Source: a bacterium (GTDB lineage Bacteria > Patescibacteriota > Saccharimonadia > Saccharimonadales > SZUA-47). From it: a DNA stretch of 64,000 bases. The notes under the pieces are model-generated. The model was not told the origin of the DNA. It saw nothing but the letters and a program-made list of their open reading frames with translations, and ran no database searches. The stretch covers positions 31,963-95,962 of the forward strand of contig JAUHWW010000001.1 of the NCBI GenBank assembly GCA_030427365.1. Reading direction: 5' to 3'. Position numbers and translations under genes: made by a program. This document shows, one piece after another, positions 63,983-64,000 of this stretch; position 1 is the first letter of the stretch, and every line of letters begins with the position of its first letter.

Positions 63983-64000
63983 ACCTTTGATGTGTGTTGC

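Noticed and set aside
63846-64000. Possible RNase P RNA or other ncRNA at the window end
   Set aside because: No GAGGAAAGTCC or other diagnostic motif was found, and the region is truncated.

Overview
A 64-kb chromosomal window spanning the replication origin of a small-genome bacterium, most likely Patescibacteria/Saccharibacteria. This assignment is an inference from the gene set and the T4SS-pilin locus next to dnaA. From left to right: (1) a surface-glycan locus with membrane GT-like proteins, a B-lectin surface protein, GT4s, two FkbM methyltransferases, wzm/wzt, gmd, an rmd-like reductase and an O-antigen-ligase-family protein; (2) a secreted SGNH hydrolase and a sortase substrate; (3) the core jag-yidC-rnpA-rpmH / dnaA-dnaN-recF origin block, with DnaA-box clusters on both sides of dnaA; (4) an ~18-kb type IV secretion-like locus with two large cell-wall hydrolases, VirB4, PrgI, an apparently frameshifted VirB6-like gene and a divergent array of six T4SS-pilin genes; (5) hsp20, comF, tRNA-Ser(GGA), a MacB-like ABC pair, sortase, HAD phosphatase and PGI/PMI; (6) a 6S-like structured intergenic element, groESL with tandem CIRCE, several orphan genes with near-identical strong promoters, tsaD and a parS-like site. 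No IS element, prophage, CRISPR array or rRNA was seen. All calls come from reading motifs by eye; no searches were run.
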